From Vulcanimicrobiota bacterium (GTDB lineage Bacteria > Vulcanimicrobiota > Vulcanimicrobiia > Vulcanimicrobiales > Vulcanimicrobiaceae): a DNA stretch of 64,000 bases. Of the stretch, positions 39,904 through 50,575 are shown one piece after another. How positions within the stretch are numbered: position 1 is the first letter of the stretch; every line of letters starts with the position of its first letter. Position numbers and translations under genes: made by a program. A model generated the notes under the pieces. It did not search any database, was not told the origin of the DNA, and worked only from the letters and a program-made list of their open reading frames with translations. The stretch covers positions 1,088,001-1,152,000 of the forward strand of contig OY970223.1 of assembly GCA_963714015.1 (NCBI GenBank). The letters run 5' to 3'.

Positions 39904-40332
39904 ATGCGGATTGCGGTCGGCAGCGATGAAGCGACCGAATTTACTCGCGCCGTTATGGACGATTTGACCGATCGCGGACACGAGATCGTACCATTCGGTG
40001 CGCTGCGCGAGCCGGAGGACGATTCCTGGCCGAACGTGGGGCGCGGCGTGGGTGAAGCAGTTGCGCGCGGCGACTGCGACTTCGGGATCGTCTGTTGTTG
40101 GACCGGAACCGGTGTCAGCATTGCCGCTAACAAAGTTCCGGGCGTTCGCGCGGCGCTTTGCGGCGACGCTCAGACCGCTGCAGGCGCCCGAACGTGGAAC
40201 GACGCCAACGTGCTGGCAATGAGTTTGCGTGCCACCTCCCCGGGCGTCGCTAAGGAAATGCTGGATGCATGGTTTGCGGCTGCTCCGACCAGCGATCCGA
40301 AGTACGCGCGCATGATTTCCGAAATTCGGTAA
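39904..40332 (+). CDS. rpiB: RpiB/LacA/LacB family sugar-phosphate isomerase
   Basis: CWTGTGVSIAANKVPGVRAA, NDANVL. Confidence 0.88.
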   Translation: MRIAVGSDEATEFTRAVMDDLTDRGHEIVPFGALREPEDDSWPNVGRGVGEAVARGDCDFGIVCCWTGTGVSIAANKVPGVRAALCGDAQTAAGARTWNDANVLAMSLRATSPGVAKEMLDAWFAAAPTSDPKYARMISEIR

Positions 40333-40419
40333 AGGCGGTAAATCCGAACCGCAGGCTGCCCCGTTGGTAGAGCATCACCGTTCTAGTACTGCGGAGCGTT
40401 GCTCCGGAAAGGAACTCAG

Positions 40420-41034
40420 ATGTTCTCCATTCGGAAGGCTGCGTCTATCGCCGCCCTTCTCGTTGTTGCGCTGCCGATTGCCGCACCGGCGCACGCAATG
40501 AGCGCCCCTTCGGACCTAAACACCCAGGCGCCCTCGCGTTTTTCGGGGCCGGGGGTCTACACGGGAAAACCGGCGCTTCCGGTAACGCTTTCAATGGTCG
40601 AGGCCGGCGGCGGTCCGGCCGACTTCAGCACCGTGACGCTGCTCAAGGATCTCACCGGGCCGCTGTACGGCGCGGAAGTGAAAAAACTTACCGCGCAGTA
40701 CGGTCAAGACAAAGTCGGAAACTTCCTCAAAGTTTTTGACTTCGTCGTGGCCGATTCGCTGAAGATCGTCACCGAAAAACACGTGGCGCTTCCGAAAACG
40801 CCGTCGCCGGATCCATCCAACGGGAAAGCGCTCGCCGCCGCACTGTGGTCGGCAGGGCAGATTCCGGGCGGCTTCAACGTCGAAGTGATGCTCGACCGCG
40901 CCGTCTCACATCCGATTCACGTTCAAGTGATGAAGGACATCGACGCAAAGTACGGCATCGCCGCCGACGCCGATTACCACGCGATTCTGACGTCCGCGAT
41001 GCACGATTTGGCCTCGGCTTACCACCTGAGCTGA
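40420..41034 (+). CDS. Hypothetical secreted helical protein
   Basis: SD AAGGA, signal peptide ending AHA, His-rich C-terminus. Confidence 0.75.
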   Translation: MFSIRKAASIAALLVVALPIAAPAHAMSAPSDLNTQAPSRFSGPGVYTGKPALPVTLSMVEAGGGPADFSTVTLLKDLTGPLYGAEVKKLTAQYGQDKVGNFLKVFDFVVADSLKIVTEKHVALPKTPSPDPSNGKALAAALWSAGQIPGGFNVEVMLDRAVSHPIHVQVMKDIDAKYGIAADADYHAILTSAMHDLASAYHLS

Positions 41035-41049
41035 AGGCTGAACGAACGC

Positions 41050-41078
41050 CAAAAGGCCACGCAATGCGTGGCCTTTTG
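41050..41078. terminator. Bidirectional intrinsic terminator
   Basis: CAAAAGGCCACGC-AAT-GCGTGGCCTTTTG perfect stem between convergent genes. Confidence 0.85.
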
Positions 41079-41086
41079 CTTTATCG

Positions 41087-41236
41087 AGCACCGGAAGGCA
41101 GACTCAACTCCCCGCTCCGGTTCCGTCTCGCGAAGTGACCTCGCGAGCCAAGCCATCATACCCCGAACCTTGCGTCCTGGAACAGGTCCAAAAGGCGGGT
41201 TCTACCGGACTAGCCGCAGTATGGCCAGAACCAGCA
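41087..41236 (-). ncRNA. Candidate structured RNA, 6S-like 3' half (unconfirmed)
   Basis: Several stems that pair better on the minus strand (G-U pairs); see findings. Confidence 0.35.
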
Positions 41237-41588
41237 GCGCAGCGTTCGCGCCGTGTGAGATGAAGCAATACAAGCAGGGGCGTTTCGTCACGAACAGCAG
41301 ACTATACGCCAAAAATGCCGAGGTCGCGGCAGCCAGCAAGGCGGCACACGCGGCGGCGAACTTTGCGGACGGCAGCGCGCTCCATGAAACCGCCGCCATC
41401 GCTGCATAGTAAACGAGACCGATGAGTGCATTGGGCAGCCCCCCAACCAGTCTGGCGCGCGGTGTCTGGACGACGCTGGGCTCGCTCAAGCGGCCTTTCG
41501 CGTCAAGGACGGACTTGCGCAGCATAAAGACGGAAGCATAAAACCCAACGGCGCATAAGACCGTGATGAGCAACTGGACCAGGAGCAT
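41202..41588 (-). CDS. Vitamin K epoxide reductase (VKOR) family protein
   Basis: 4 TM helices, GLPNALIG..YY, CLYC redox motif. Confidence 0.8.
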   Translation of the reverse strand: MLLVQLLITVLCAVGFYASVFMLRKSVLDAKGRLSEPSVVQTPRARLVGGLPNALIGLVYYAAMAAVSWSALPSAKFAAACAALLAAATSAFLAYSLLFVTKRPCLYCFISHGANAALLVLAILRLVR

Positions 41589-41609
41589 GCCGTCCTCCTC
41601 CACGAGCCT

Positions 41610-42284
41610 TTGACCGCAGACGAACGACGCCTGCGGTTACTCCGCAGAACCGCCGGTCTGGCAATGCTGGCGTTCTCGTTCGTCCTCGCGGCGCTGGTTA
41701 TTCGCTATCAGCCGCTCATCGAGCACTTCATCCGGATTATCCGTCCGATCGTTGCGGTACCGATCGCAGCGGCCGTGTTTGCCGTGGTCGCTTCTGCCCC
41801 ATTTTCGGTAACCGACGCGCTGGCGATCATGAACGGCGCAATCTTCGGCCCATTCTGGGGTTCCATCGTCAACGCCGCCGGTATCCTTGCAGCCGGCGTC
41901 ATCGGGTACTGGATCAACCGCCATGCCTCGCACCTGCTGGATCTCCACGCTGCGCTCGCCAAACTGCCGGCTTGGGTGAAACGCTTCAAGCCGGGGTCCC
42001 CGATGTTCTTGGTCGCCGTACGGATCATTCCGGGGTTCGGCGGCACGGTCGCTACGGCCAGCGCCGCGGCGTTTCGCGTTCCCGTTTGGATTCACGTCTT
42101 CACGATGTCGATCGTCGCCATCCCGGTCTGCACGATCTTGGCGATATTCGGCGATCGTGCGGTCGCCGCGATTCATGGGTACGAACACCGCGCGCATATG
42201 TATATTCTGCGGCATCGTCCGCATTGGCATTTCCGGCTGCGGCGGCATTCGGCGTCGCCGCGTCCGAGCGGACCACCGACGTGA
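41610..42284 (+). CDS. VTT/DedA (TVP38/TMEM64) family membrane protein
   Basis: GAIFGPFWG, VRIIPG. Confidence 0.75.
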   Translation: MTADERRLRLLRRTAGLAMLAFSFVLAALVIRYQPLIEHFIRIIRPIVAVPIAAAVFAVVASAPFSVTDALAIMNGAIFGPFWGSIVNAAGILAAGVIGYWINRHASHLLDLHAALAKLPAWVKRFKPGSPMFLVAVRIIPGFGGTVATASAAAFRVPVWIHVFTMSIVAIPVCTILAIFGDRAVAAIHGYEHRAHMYILRHRPHWHFRLRRHSASPRPSGPPT

Positions 42285-43457
42285 TGACGACGCAGATGAT
42301 CGCGACGACGGGCGAACTTACAGCGCTGTGCGAGCGCGTTGCGTCGTCCGGTCAGGTGGGGCTCGACACCGAGTTTCATAACGAGCGCAGCTATGCCGCG
42401 CGGCTCATGGTCGTGCAGACTCGCTTTTCGCGATGGTTGCGCGATTGTCGATCCGCTCGCGGTAAGCGATCTAAGACCCCTCGCGCAAGCATTGTGCCGG
42501 ACGACGGTCGTCGGCCATGCGCTCACGAGCGATCTCAAGATCTTTGCGGACCGCTTCGGCGTCGTTCCGGAAGACGTGTTCGACTGCCAAGTCGCGGCGG
42601 CGTTTCTGGGTTACGGCATCTCAATCTCGCTCGCCGATTTGGTACGCGAACTCTGCGGCGTGCGGTTGAAGAAGTCGCAGACCGTCAGCGATTGGTCGCT
42701 GCGTCCGTTCTCCGAGAAGCAACTGGAGTATCTGGTCGACGACGTCGCTCACCTGCTCGAGATGCACGACATTCTTACAAATAGGTTGAGCGCGAATGGC
42801 CGCTTGGAATGGGCGAACGAGGAGTGCCGTGCTCTCGGCGGAGCGTCGCGCTATCAGACGGACGAGCGCCGGATGGTCGGCCGCATTCCGGGCGCGAGTC
42901 GCATGAACCGCCGGGAACTTGCGATTCTCGGCGAACTCGTGAAGCTGCGCGACCGCTTGGCGCGAGAGCGCGACCTTCCGCTCAAATACATCGTTCCGGA
43001 CGACGTTCTCGGAGGATTGGCGACTTTGCGTCCCCGACGGATGGAAGAGTTGGCACAACTGCGCCGTCTCGACGCCGGAACGCGCCGCGGATTGGGAGAA
43101 CAGCTTCTCGAAGCGATTCGCCGCGGTGAGGCGATTCCCGAAGAGGATCTGCCCCCAAAATTCGCGCGCCCGCTGGGAAATGCGCGCGAAACCATCGTTT
43201 CGCTCATGAGCGTCGTAGTCGGCGAGATTGCTCGCGAGAATGACCTGCCGGCGAGCTTGCTTGCGCCTCGCGCAATATTGGAGAAGGTGGCGCGAGAGGT
43301 ACCGCCCGAGCGCGACGCGTTCGAACGAGCACTGGACCTGTCTCCCTGGCGCAGGGGCCTTGTGGCAGAGCCTCTGTGGCGACTTTTGTCGGCCGAGAGC
43401 GCAATCCGAATCGAAGGCTACGCAACAGGCGAGCCACGAATTGTCCTAGAGTCATGA
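42284..43457 (+). CDS. rnd: Ribonuclease D (DEDD exonuclease plus HRDC), apparent +1 frameshift at about 42419
   Basis: [12 protein letters not shown] in the first frame, then FDCQVAA, SDWSLRP...QLEY..DDV and HRDC. Confidence 0.88.
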
Positions 43458-46205
43458 CTGAGATAGTGAACTCCTTCGGGGCGGTCGATCGCATGACGGT
43501 CGCCAACCGGACCTATTCGTACGTTCGACTGGGCGCGCTCGAAGATGCCGGGATTGCGAAGCTCGAACGTCTGCCGTTCTCGTTGAAGATTCTGCTCGAG
43601 AATTTGTTGCGGTTCGAGGACAATCGTTCGGTCTCCAAAGACGATATCGAAGCGCTGGCGCGTTGGAGTCCGCACCATCACACTGCGCGAGAAATTGCGT
43701 ATCGGCCCGCGCGAGTGCTGCTGCAAGACTTCACCGGCGTTCCCTGCGTCGTCGATCTCGCCGCTATGCGGGACGCAATGGCGAAGATGGGGGGAGACCC
43801 GAACGCGATCAACCCCCAGCAGCCGGTCGAACTCGTGATCGATCACTCGGTTCAGGTCGACTCATTCGGATCGAGCGATTCATTCCAGCGCAATGCCGAT
43901 CTGGAGTTCGCGCGCAACCGCGAACGGTACGCGTTTTTGAAATGGGGACAGCACGCGCTCAAGAGCTTCCGGGCCGTGCCGCCGGACACCGGAATCGTGC
44001 ACCAAGTGAACATCGAATTCTTGTCTCGCGTGGTGTTCGGCGCCGGAGGCGCCGGATCGAATGGCGAGTCCGGCGAAGCTTGGGCGTTTCCGGATACAGT
44101 CGTCGGAACCGATTCACACACGACGATGGCCAATGGCCTCGGCGTGCTTGCCTGGGGCGTTGGTGGAATCGAAGCCGAAGCCGCGATGCTTGGCCAACCC
44201 GTCACAATGCTCATTCCGGACGTCATCGGGTTCAAAGTCACGGGGCGTCTGCGTGAAGGCGTAACCGCGACCGACCTCGTTCTAACGGTTACCGAAATGC
44301 TGCGCAAGAAGGGCGTCGTCGGAAAATTCGTCGAGTTTTACGGCCAGGGGCTCTCGACTCTCGGTGTTGCCGATCGCGTTACCATCGGCAACATGTCGCC
44401 GGAATACGGTTCCACTTGCGCGATCTTTCCGATCGACGATCAGACGTTGGAGTACCTGCGTCTTACCGGCCGCGCGCCCGATCACGTTGCGCTCGTCGAG
44501 GCGTACGCCAGACAGCAGGGGCTGTTCCGCACCGATGCTACACCGGATCCGTCGTTTACGGACACGCTGGAGCTCGATCTCGAAGGCGTCAAACCGAGTT
44601 TGGCCGGACCGCGCCGTCCGCAAGACCGGGTTTCCCTCGAAGAGGTCAAGCCCGCGTTCGAAACGGCGATGCAAGAATGGGTTGCTGCGCGCGAAGCCAA
44701 GCCCGCCAGCGCAGCGGCGCGAATGGAGAACGAAGGCGGACCGGGCGTTGCCGTCGAGTCGGCGCGCGTTTCCGACGGTTCGGTAGTCATCGCTGCGATC
44801 ACCAGTTGCACCAATACCAGCAACCCTTCCGTGCTCGTTGCGGCGGGACTGCTTGCGCGCAATGCTATTCAAAAAGGTTTGTCGCGCAAGAAATGGGTCA
44901 AGACGTCTCTTGCGCCCGGATCGAAAGTCGTCACCGACTACCTGCGCAAATCCGGCTTGCAGACGTACCTGGATCAGCTCGGCTTTAACCTCGTCGGCTA
45001 TGGATGCACGACTTGCATCGGCAACAGCGGGCCCCTTCCGCAAGAAATCGCGGAATCGATCGCAGAGCACGATTCGATCGTTGCTGCGGTGCTTTCCGGG
45101 AACCGGAACTTCGAAGGGCGCATCCATCCGCAGGTTCGCGCGAATTACTTGGCCTCGCCGCCGCTCGTCGTCGCGTACGCTCTCGCCGGGCGGATCGACA
45201 TCGACCTCACCAGCGAACCGATCGGTGAAGACCACGCGGGCAACCCGGTGCATTTGAAAGATATCTGGCCGAGCAACGCCGAGATTTCCGCCGTCATCGC
45301 CCAATCCATCAGCGACGAGATGTTCAAGGCCAACTACCGTGACGTCTTCCGGGGCGACGACAATTGGGCAAGATTAGACGTGCCGACCGGCGATCGTTAC
45401 GCTTGGGACCCCGAATCGGAGTATGTGAAAAATCCGCCGTACTTCGAGGATATGAAATCGGAGCCGGACGCCGTAGCGGATATTCACGGCGCCCGCGTGC
45501 TGGCCGTGCTCGGCGACAGCGTGACGACCGACCATATTTCCCCCGCCGGCAACATCGCCAAGGTCAGTCCGGCCGCAAAGTACCTGATGGAGCGAGGGAT
45601 TCAACCGGCCGATTTCAACTCATACGGCGCCAGACGCGGCAACCACGAAGTGATGATGCGCGGCACATTCGCTAACGTCCGGCTGCGCAACCAGCTGGTT
45701 CCGGGAGTGGAAGGCGGCTACACGCGATACCTGCCGACCGGCGAACAGATGTCCATTTTCGACGCCGCGATGAAGTACAAAGCCGGCGGCACGCCGCTGA
45801 TTGTCATCGCCGGCAAGGAATACGGGTCGGGATCGTCGCGCGACTGGGCGGCGAAAGGGCCGTACCTGCTGGGAATCCGTGCGGTGATCGCGGAGTCGTT
45901 CGAGCGCATTCACCGCAGCAATCTCATCGGCATGGGGATTCTTCCGCTGGAGTTTGAATCGGGCGCCGATCGCTCGACTTACGGACTGACCGGCGAGGAG
46001 ACGTACGAACTTACCGGTCTGGAGCGCGGCATAACCCCTGGAATGCACGTGCACGTTCGCGCGTCCGACTCCAACGGCAGGCCGATCGGTTTTCGGGCAT
46101 TATTGCGAATCGATACGCCCGACGAAGCCGAATACTACCGCCATGGCGGCATTTTGCAGTACGTTTTGCGGCAGACTGCGGCAAAAACAGACTGCCGGCG
46201 TCTAG
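43454..46205 (+). CDS. acnA: Aconitate hydratase A (apparent +1 error at about 46175 near the C-terminus)
   Basis: [60 protein letters not shown]. Confidence 0.97.
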
Positions 46206-46217
46206 CATCGTCGAACG

Positions 46218-46860
46218 ATGCGGCATCATGACGAGCCGGAAGAGCGCTTTATCCGTCGGCTCGAGGCGTTCTGCGACGTCGTTATCGGGTTTAGCCTGGC
46301 CCAGCTCGGGCTGAACCTGACTATTCCCAAGAGCGGTGCGGGAGCTCATTACGAGTCCGCTATGGTTCTTCGGCTATCTCTTTGCCTTCTCAATCGTTTG
46401 CAGTATGTGGTTCTTCCATCATCGTCTCTTCTCGCAATTCTTCGTTCCCAAAACTTGGCCGATTCTTTTGAATTTTGCATGGCTCGGTCTCTTGGTATTG
46501 CTCGTATATTTCACGCTGTTGTACGTGAATCCCAAACTGGCGGGCGATCCGGTCATCATGCGTCTCTATTTCGGCGGTTACGCCCTTGCCTACGCGATTC
46601 TCGGCGCGCAGTATCTTATAGGAATGCGGTATCTGCGTGATACGCTCGACCAGCATGCGCGGGCGCAGGGCCGCCGCGGCGCGGCATTCATGTTTCTGTG
46701 GATGACGCCGTTTCTGTTTTGCTTTATCGTGGTCATAGCACTGCCGGCCAGCCCGCTCCTCGGTATGTTGATCGGGCTTGCGTTCGTCGGCGTTGGCATC
46801 GCATCGGGCGTACTCGGAAGCCGATACCGCCGTTCCGAGCGAACTTTGTCGTCGACATAA
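46218..46860 (+). CDS. TMEM175/DUF1211-family membrane protein, apparent +1 frameshift at about 46341
   Basis: [10 protein letters not shown]...W..HHRLF. Confidence 0.75.
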
Positions 46861-46919
46861 ATTGCTTTCCCCCGGGGCCTTCGTGCGAATGACGTACAAC
46901 CACGATGAGGAGGATGGAG

Positions 46920-47480
46920 ATGGCAGAGCTCGTTTTTGCGATGAATCTATCGCTCGACGGATATGTGGCGGGCGAGGAAGGCGAGTTGGATGGAATGTTC
47001 CAGCCCAGCAACGAGCTTTTCCGTCATTTCATCGACCATGAGCGCAGTTTGGCGGCCGGTTTGTACGGCCGCCGCATATATGAAGTGATGCGCTATTGGG
47101 ACGATGACCGGCCGGAATGGGACGCGCTCGAGCACGACTTCGCAGCGGCATGGCGGGCGCATCCGAAATGGGTCGTCTCAAGCACGCTAAAGTCGGTCGG
47201 CGCCAATGCCACGCTTATCGATAGCGACGTTGAAGCATTCGTGCGAGGCTTGAAAGAGAAAGTCGACGGCCGGATCGCCGTCGCCGGCCCCCAGCTTGCA
47301 GGCAGCCTCACCGAACGCGGCCTAATCGACGAGTATCACCTTTACTTCCGCCCGTTCGTGCTTGGCCGCGGAAAGCCGTACTTCGCCGGTGCTCGGCCGC
47401 CGCTCCGGATCGTTGCCCTCGATCAAATCAGCGAAGACGCGGCCCGGCTCGTATTAGCCGACGCTCGCAGCCCAGATTAG
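46920..47480 (+). CDS. Dihydrofolate reductase-like (RibD C-terminal) protein
   Basis: SLDGY, GRRIYE, LIDEY, GRGKPYF. Confidence 0.88.
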   Translation: MAELVFAMNLSLDGYVAGEEGELDGMFQPSNELFRHFIDHERSLAAGLYGRRIYEVMRYWDDDRPEWDALEHDFAAAWRAHPKWVVSSTLKSVGANATLIDSDVEAFVRGLKEKVDGRIAVAGPQLAGSLTERGLIDEYHLYFRPFVLGRGKPYFAGARPPLRIVALDQISEDAARLVLADARSPD

Positions 47481-48946
47481 ACCGCCTTTTGTTTGATGCA
47501 CATGATCGTGCGAGCTTCGGCGTCGAGCGGTCGAATTTCCAAGCCGTCCGGCGTAAGAATCACGTTCTGTCCGGCCTTGAGCGCTTCGCGCAGCGGCGTA
47601 TCGCCCGGAATGTCTACGTCGTTGAGCAGCGTTCCGACGAACTCGGACGTGTCGTCATTGACGGCGGCATTCTGAAAGGCCAACGTATAGCGGCCGTTTT
47701 CCATCGCATAGATCTCGACGTGTCGATCGACTGCGTCGATTGCGGCAACCAAAGCCGCCATCTGTTCGTGCGTTTGACGGCGCATGCTGATATCGCGTCC
47801 GACGGACACCCAATGTGAGAACTGACCGTCGGGTTGACGAAGCGGGCGGCCCGTATACTCGACCCAAAACGAAGATCCGTCTTTGCGGCGCATCATGATC
47901 TCTTTTTCGGTATCGCGGCCGCGCTCGATGTTCTCCGAAATCGTCTTGAGCACCACGGGATCGTTTTCGCCGGCAAACAGGATGCTGTAAGGCTGCCCCT
48001 GCAGCTCCGTCGATCGATACCCGGTCGCTCTCAAAAACGGAGCACTCGCATATTCTATGAACGGACCGCCCTTCGAAGGCGGTGTGAAATCCGTGACGAC
48101 GACGAAGTCCAACGCCTCGTTGATTGCTCGCGAGAGCAGCCGCATCGTTCGCTCTGCATCGCGCCGGGCAGTGATGTCGCGGCAAATCGTGACATAACGG
48201 CGAACGATTCCGTCCTCGTCTGCGAGCGGCTGACAATGCACTTCGGTCCAGAAGTGGCTGCCGTCTTTGCAGTAGATCGGTAAATCGAATTGGCGCGCGA
48301 TGTTCTTGCGGATGTCGCGAAGGACGGAACGGAGCATCGTCATGTCGGTCTGCGGGCCGAATACCAGCGGCGAGGTCCGTTCGAAGATCTCCTCGCGCGT
48401 AAATCCGGTGCGCGCGATCGTGTGATCGTTTACATACACGTGCCGGCCGGGCCAATCGGTGGTGGAGTCGATCTCGTGAATAGAAATGCAATCGCCGGCT
48501 CTATCGATCGCGCGCCGCAGGAGCCGCGACTGGCGGGCGGACTCGAAGAGCTCCTGAGCAACTTCGGCTAGGTCCCGCAGCCCGGCAATCTGTTCCGGCG
48601 AAATCGTTCGCGGCTTCGTGTCCATAACCGCCATCGTTCCGAGAATCGCGCCGTCACGCGAACGCAACGGAACGCCCGCGAAGAATCGAATGTGCGGCGG
48701 TCCCGTGACGACGGGGCTGTCGCTGTATCGCTCGTCCGCCGCGGCATCTTCGACTACCAGGAACGAAGGGGCGGCCAGAACGTCCGGAAGAAACGCGCAG
48801 CAAGAGAGCGGTATCTCGTTGCCGAGTGATTGAGCCCCAACGTGCGCTTCGACGATCGCAGCCTCGCCCTTCATAACCGCCAGCCCGGCTATCGGGGCAT
48901 CGCAAAGGGCGGCAGCGCGACGAACGAGCGCAGCATAGGATTTCAC
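47477..48946 (-). CDS. GAF-PAS-PAS sensor protein with no recognisable output domain
   Basis: VTGPPHIRFFAGVPL (GAF); two PAS/PAC units with KDGS.FW and RDI. Confidence 0.8.
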   Translation of the reverse strand: MKSYAALVRRAAALCDAPIAGLAVMKGEAAIVEAHVGAQSLGNEIPLSCCAFLPDVLAAPSFLVVEDAAADERYSDSPVVTGPPHIRFFAGVPLRSRDGAILGTMAVMDTKPRTISPEQIAGLRDLAEVAQELFESARQSRLLRRAIDRAGDCISIHEIDSTTDWPGRHVYVNDHTIARTGFTREEIFERTSPLVFGPQTDMTMLRSVLRDIRKNIARQFDLPIYCKDGSHFWTEVHCQPLADEDGIVRRYVTICRDITARRDAERTMRLLSRAINEALDFVVVTDFTPPSKGGPFIEYASAPFLRATGYRSTELQGQPYSILFAGENDPVVLKTISENIERGRDTEKEIMMRRKDGSSFWVEYTGRPLRQPDGQFSHWVSVGRDISMRRQTHEQMAALVAAIDAVDRHVEIYAMENGRYTLAFQNAAVNDDTSEFVGTLLNDVDIPGDTPLREALKAGQNVILTPDGLEIRPLDAEARTIMCIKQKAV

Positions 48947-48997
48947 CTCGTAAGTATCGCACGGCCGCCCCGCGCGCAAACTGCCGTCCGGTAAAGT

Positions 48998-50575
48998 TTA
49001 GAGCAACGCTCTGCGCAGATCGCTTAACACGCTGCTTAACAAAGTGATAAACCGTGCCGCGGCGGCGCCGTCGATTACGCGATGGTCGTACGAAAGTGAG
49101 AGCGGCTGCATGAGTCGCGGCACGAATGCGGTTCCGTTCCATACGGGCCGCATTGCTGCGCGGCAAGCGCCGAGGATGGCGACTTCCGGCGCGTTGATGA
49201 TGGGAGTGAAGTACGTCCCGCCGATGCTGCCCAAGCTGGAAATCGTAAAAGTTCCGCCCTGCATGTCTGCGGACGAAAGTTTTCCGTCGCGCGCTTTCGC
49301 CGCCAAATCCGAGGTTTCACGCGCGAGTTCGGCGATGCCCTTGCCGTCGGCGTTTTTCACTACCGGCACCACCAGCCCCGCGGGTGTGTCTGCGGCAAAA
49401 CCCACGTTGTAGTATTTCTTGACGACGAGTTCGTCGCCGTCGAGCGAGCTGTTGAATTGGGGGTAGGCTTTCAATGCGGCGACTGCAGCTTTCATCAGAA
49501 AGGCCAGCATCGTCACTTTCACGCCTGACTTTGCGAGCTCCGCGTTGAGCTGGGCGCGAAACGTCTCCAGGTCCGTGACGTCGGCATCGTCGTTCTGCGT
49601 AACGTGCGGAATCATCACCCAATTGCGGTGCAGATACGGTCCGGAAAGTTTCTGAATGCGCGTCAGCGGTTTGCGTTCGATCTGCCCGAAGCTGGCGAAG
49701 TCGACTTTCGGCCACGGTGCTAGCGCTACTCCGGCCGCGGACAATCCCGGCGTGGGCCGGTTGCGGCCGTTCTGAAGCGCGTCTTTGACGAAGCTCTGAA
49801 CGTCTTCGCGCGTAACACGTCCGTTCGGACCGCTCGGAGGCACGTCGTGCAAAGCGACGCCGAGTTCACGGGCAAACCTCCTGATGGAGGGGCTTGCGTG
49901 CACCGCGCCGTTTCCGCTCATGGCGCTCGCCGGCGCTTGTTGCGGTGCGCGTACTTCCTCAACGCGACGGGGTGCCGGCGCCGGCGATGCCGCGGCGACG
50001 GCAGCTTTTGGTCGTACCTCGGCCTCGCTCTCGAGCATTGCGATGACGGTGCCGCGGGAGACCTTGTCGCCCACCCGCACCTTCACGTCGCGCACTGTTC
50101 CGGCCGCTGACGCGGGGACTTCCATCGTCGCCTTTTCGGACTCCAGGGCAATCAGCGAGGCATCCTTTGCGACTCGGTCACCGGGCTCGATCATTACCTC
50201 TATCACCGGGACGTTTTGAAAATCGCCGATGTCCGGAACTGTCAGCGGAATCAACTTCTCCGCGGCCGGCGCTTGCGGTGCGGCTTGCTGTGGTTGCTGC
50301 GCGGCTTGTTGCGTTTGCGGCGCGGCTTGTTGCGTTTGCGCAGACCGCAGCGTGAGAATTACCGAGCCTTGCGATACTTTATCACCGGCCTTGACGCTTA
50401 CGCTCTCGACGGTACCTTCGTCCGGCGAGGGAACTTCCATCGTCGCCTTTTCCGACTCGAGGGCGACGAGCGAGTCATTCTTCTTGACAAGATCGCCAGG
50501 TTTGACGAGGACTTCGATTACGGGAACGTCATGGAAGTCGCCGATGTCGGGCACGCGAATCTCCATGGTGCTCAT
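48998..50575 (-). CDS. aceF: Pyruvate dehydrogenase E2, dihydrolipoamide acetyltransferase with two lipoyl domains
   Basis: Two LESEKATMEVP, HASPSIRRFARELG, YDHRVIDGA. Confidence 0.96.
   Translation of the reverse strand: MSTMEIRVPDIGDFHDVPVIEVLVKPGDLVKKNDSLVALESEKATMEVPSPDEGTVESVSVKAGDKVSQGSVILTLRSAQTQQAAPQTQQAAQQPQQAAPQAPAAEKLIPLTVPDIGDFQNVPVIEVMIEPGDRVAKDASLIALESEKATMEVPASAAGTVRDVKVRVGDKVSRGTVIAMLESEAEVRPKAAVAAASPAPAPRRVEEVRAPQQAPASAMSGNGAVHASPSIRRFARELGVALHDVPPSGPNGRVTREDVQSFVKDALQNGRNRPTPGLSAAGVALAPWPKVDFASFGQIERKPLTRIQKLSGPYLHRNWVMIPHVTQNDDADVTDLETFRAQLNAELAKSGVKVTMLAFLMKAAVAALKAYPQFNSSLDGDELVVKKYYNVGFAADTPAGLVVPVVKNADGKGIAELARETSDLAAKARDGKLSSADMQGGTFTISSLGSIGGTYFTPIINAPEVAILGACRAAMRPVWNGTAFVPRLMQPLSLSYDHRVIDGAAAARFITLLSSVLSDLRRALL
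50299..50340. repeat. 21-bp tandem duplication encoding the AceF inter-lipoyl linker (QTQQAAP)
   Basis: GCGCGGCTTGTTGCGTTTGCG twice, plus degenerate flanking units. Confidence 0.85.

Noticed and set aside
41140..41207. c-di-GMP-I riboswitch resemblance (GGACGCAAGG...TATGATGGC on the minus strand)
   Set aside because: No GNRA-capped stem or second hairpin in the expected place, and no downstream same-strand gene
47477..48946. LOV photoreceptor
   Set aside because: The PAS domains lack the GxNCRFLQ cysteine motif
50270..50345. Tandem repeat as a contingency locus
   Set aside because: In-frame 21-bp unit in the normally variable Ala/Pro/Gln linker of AceF
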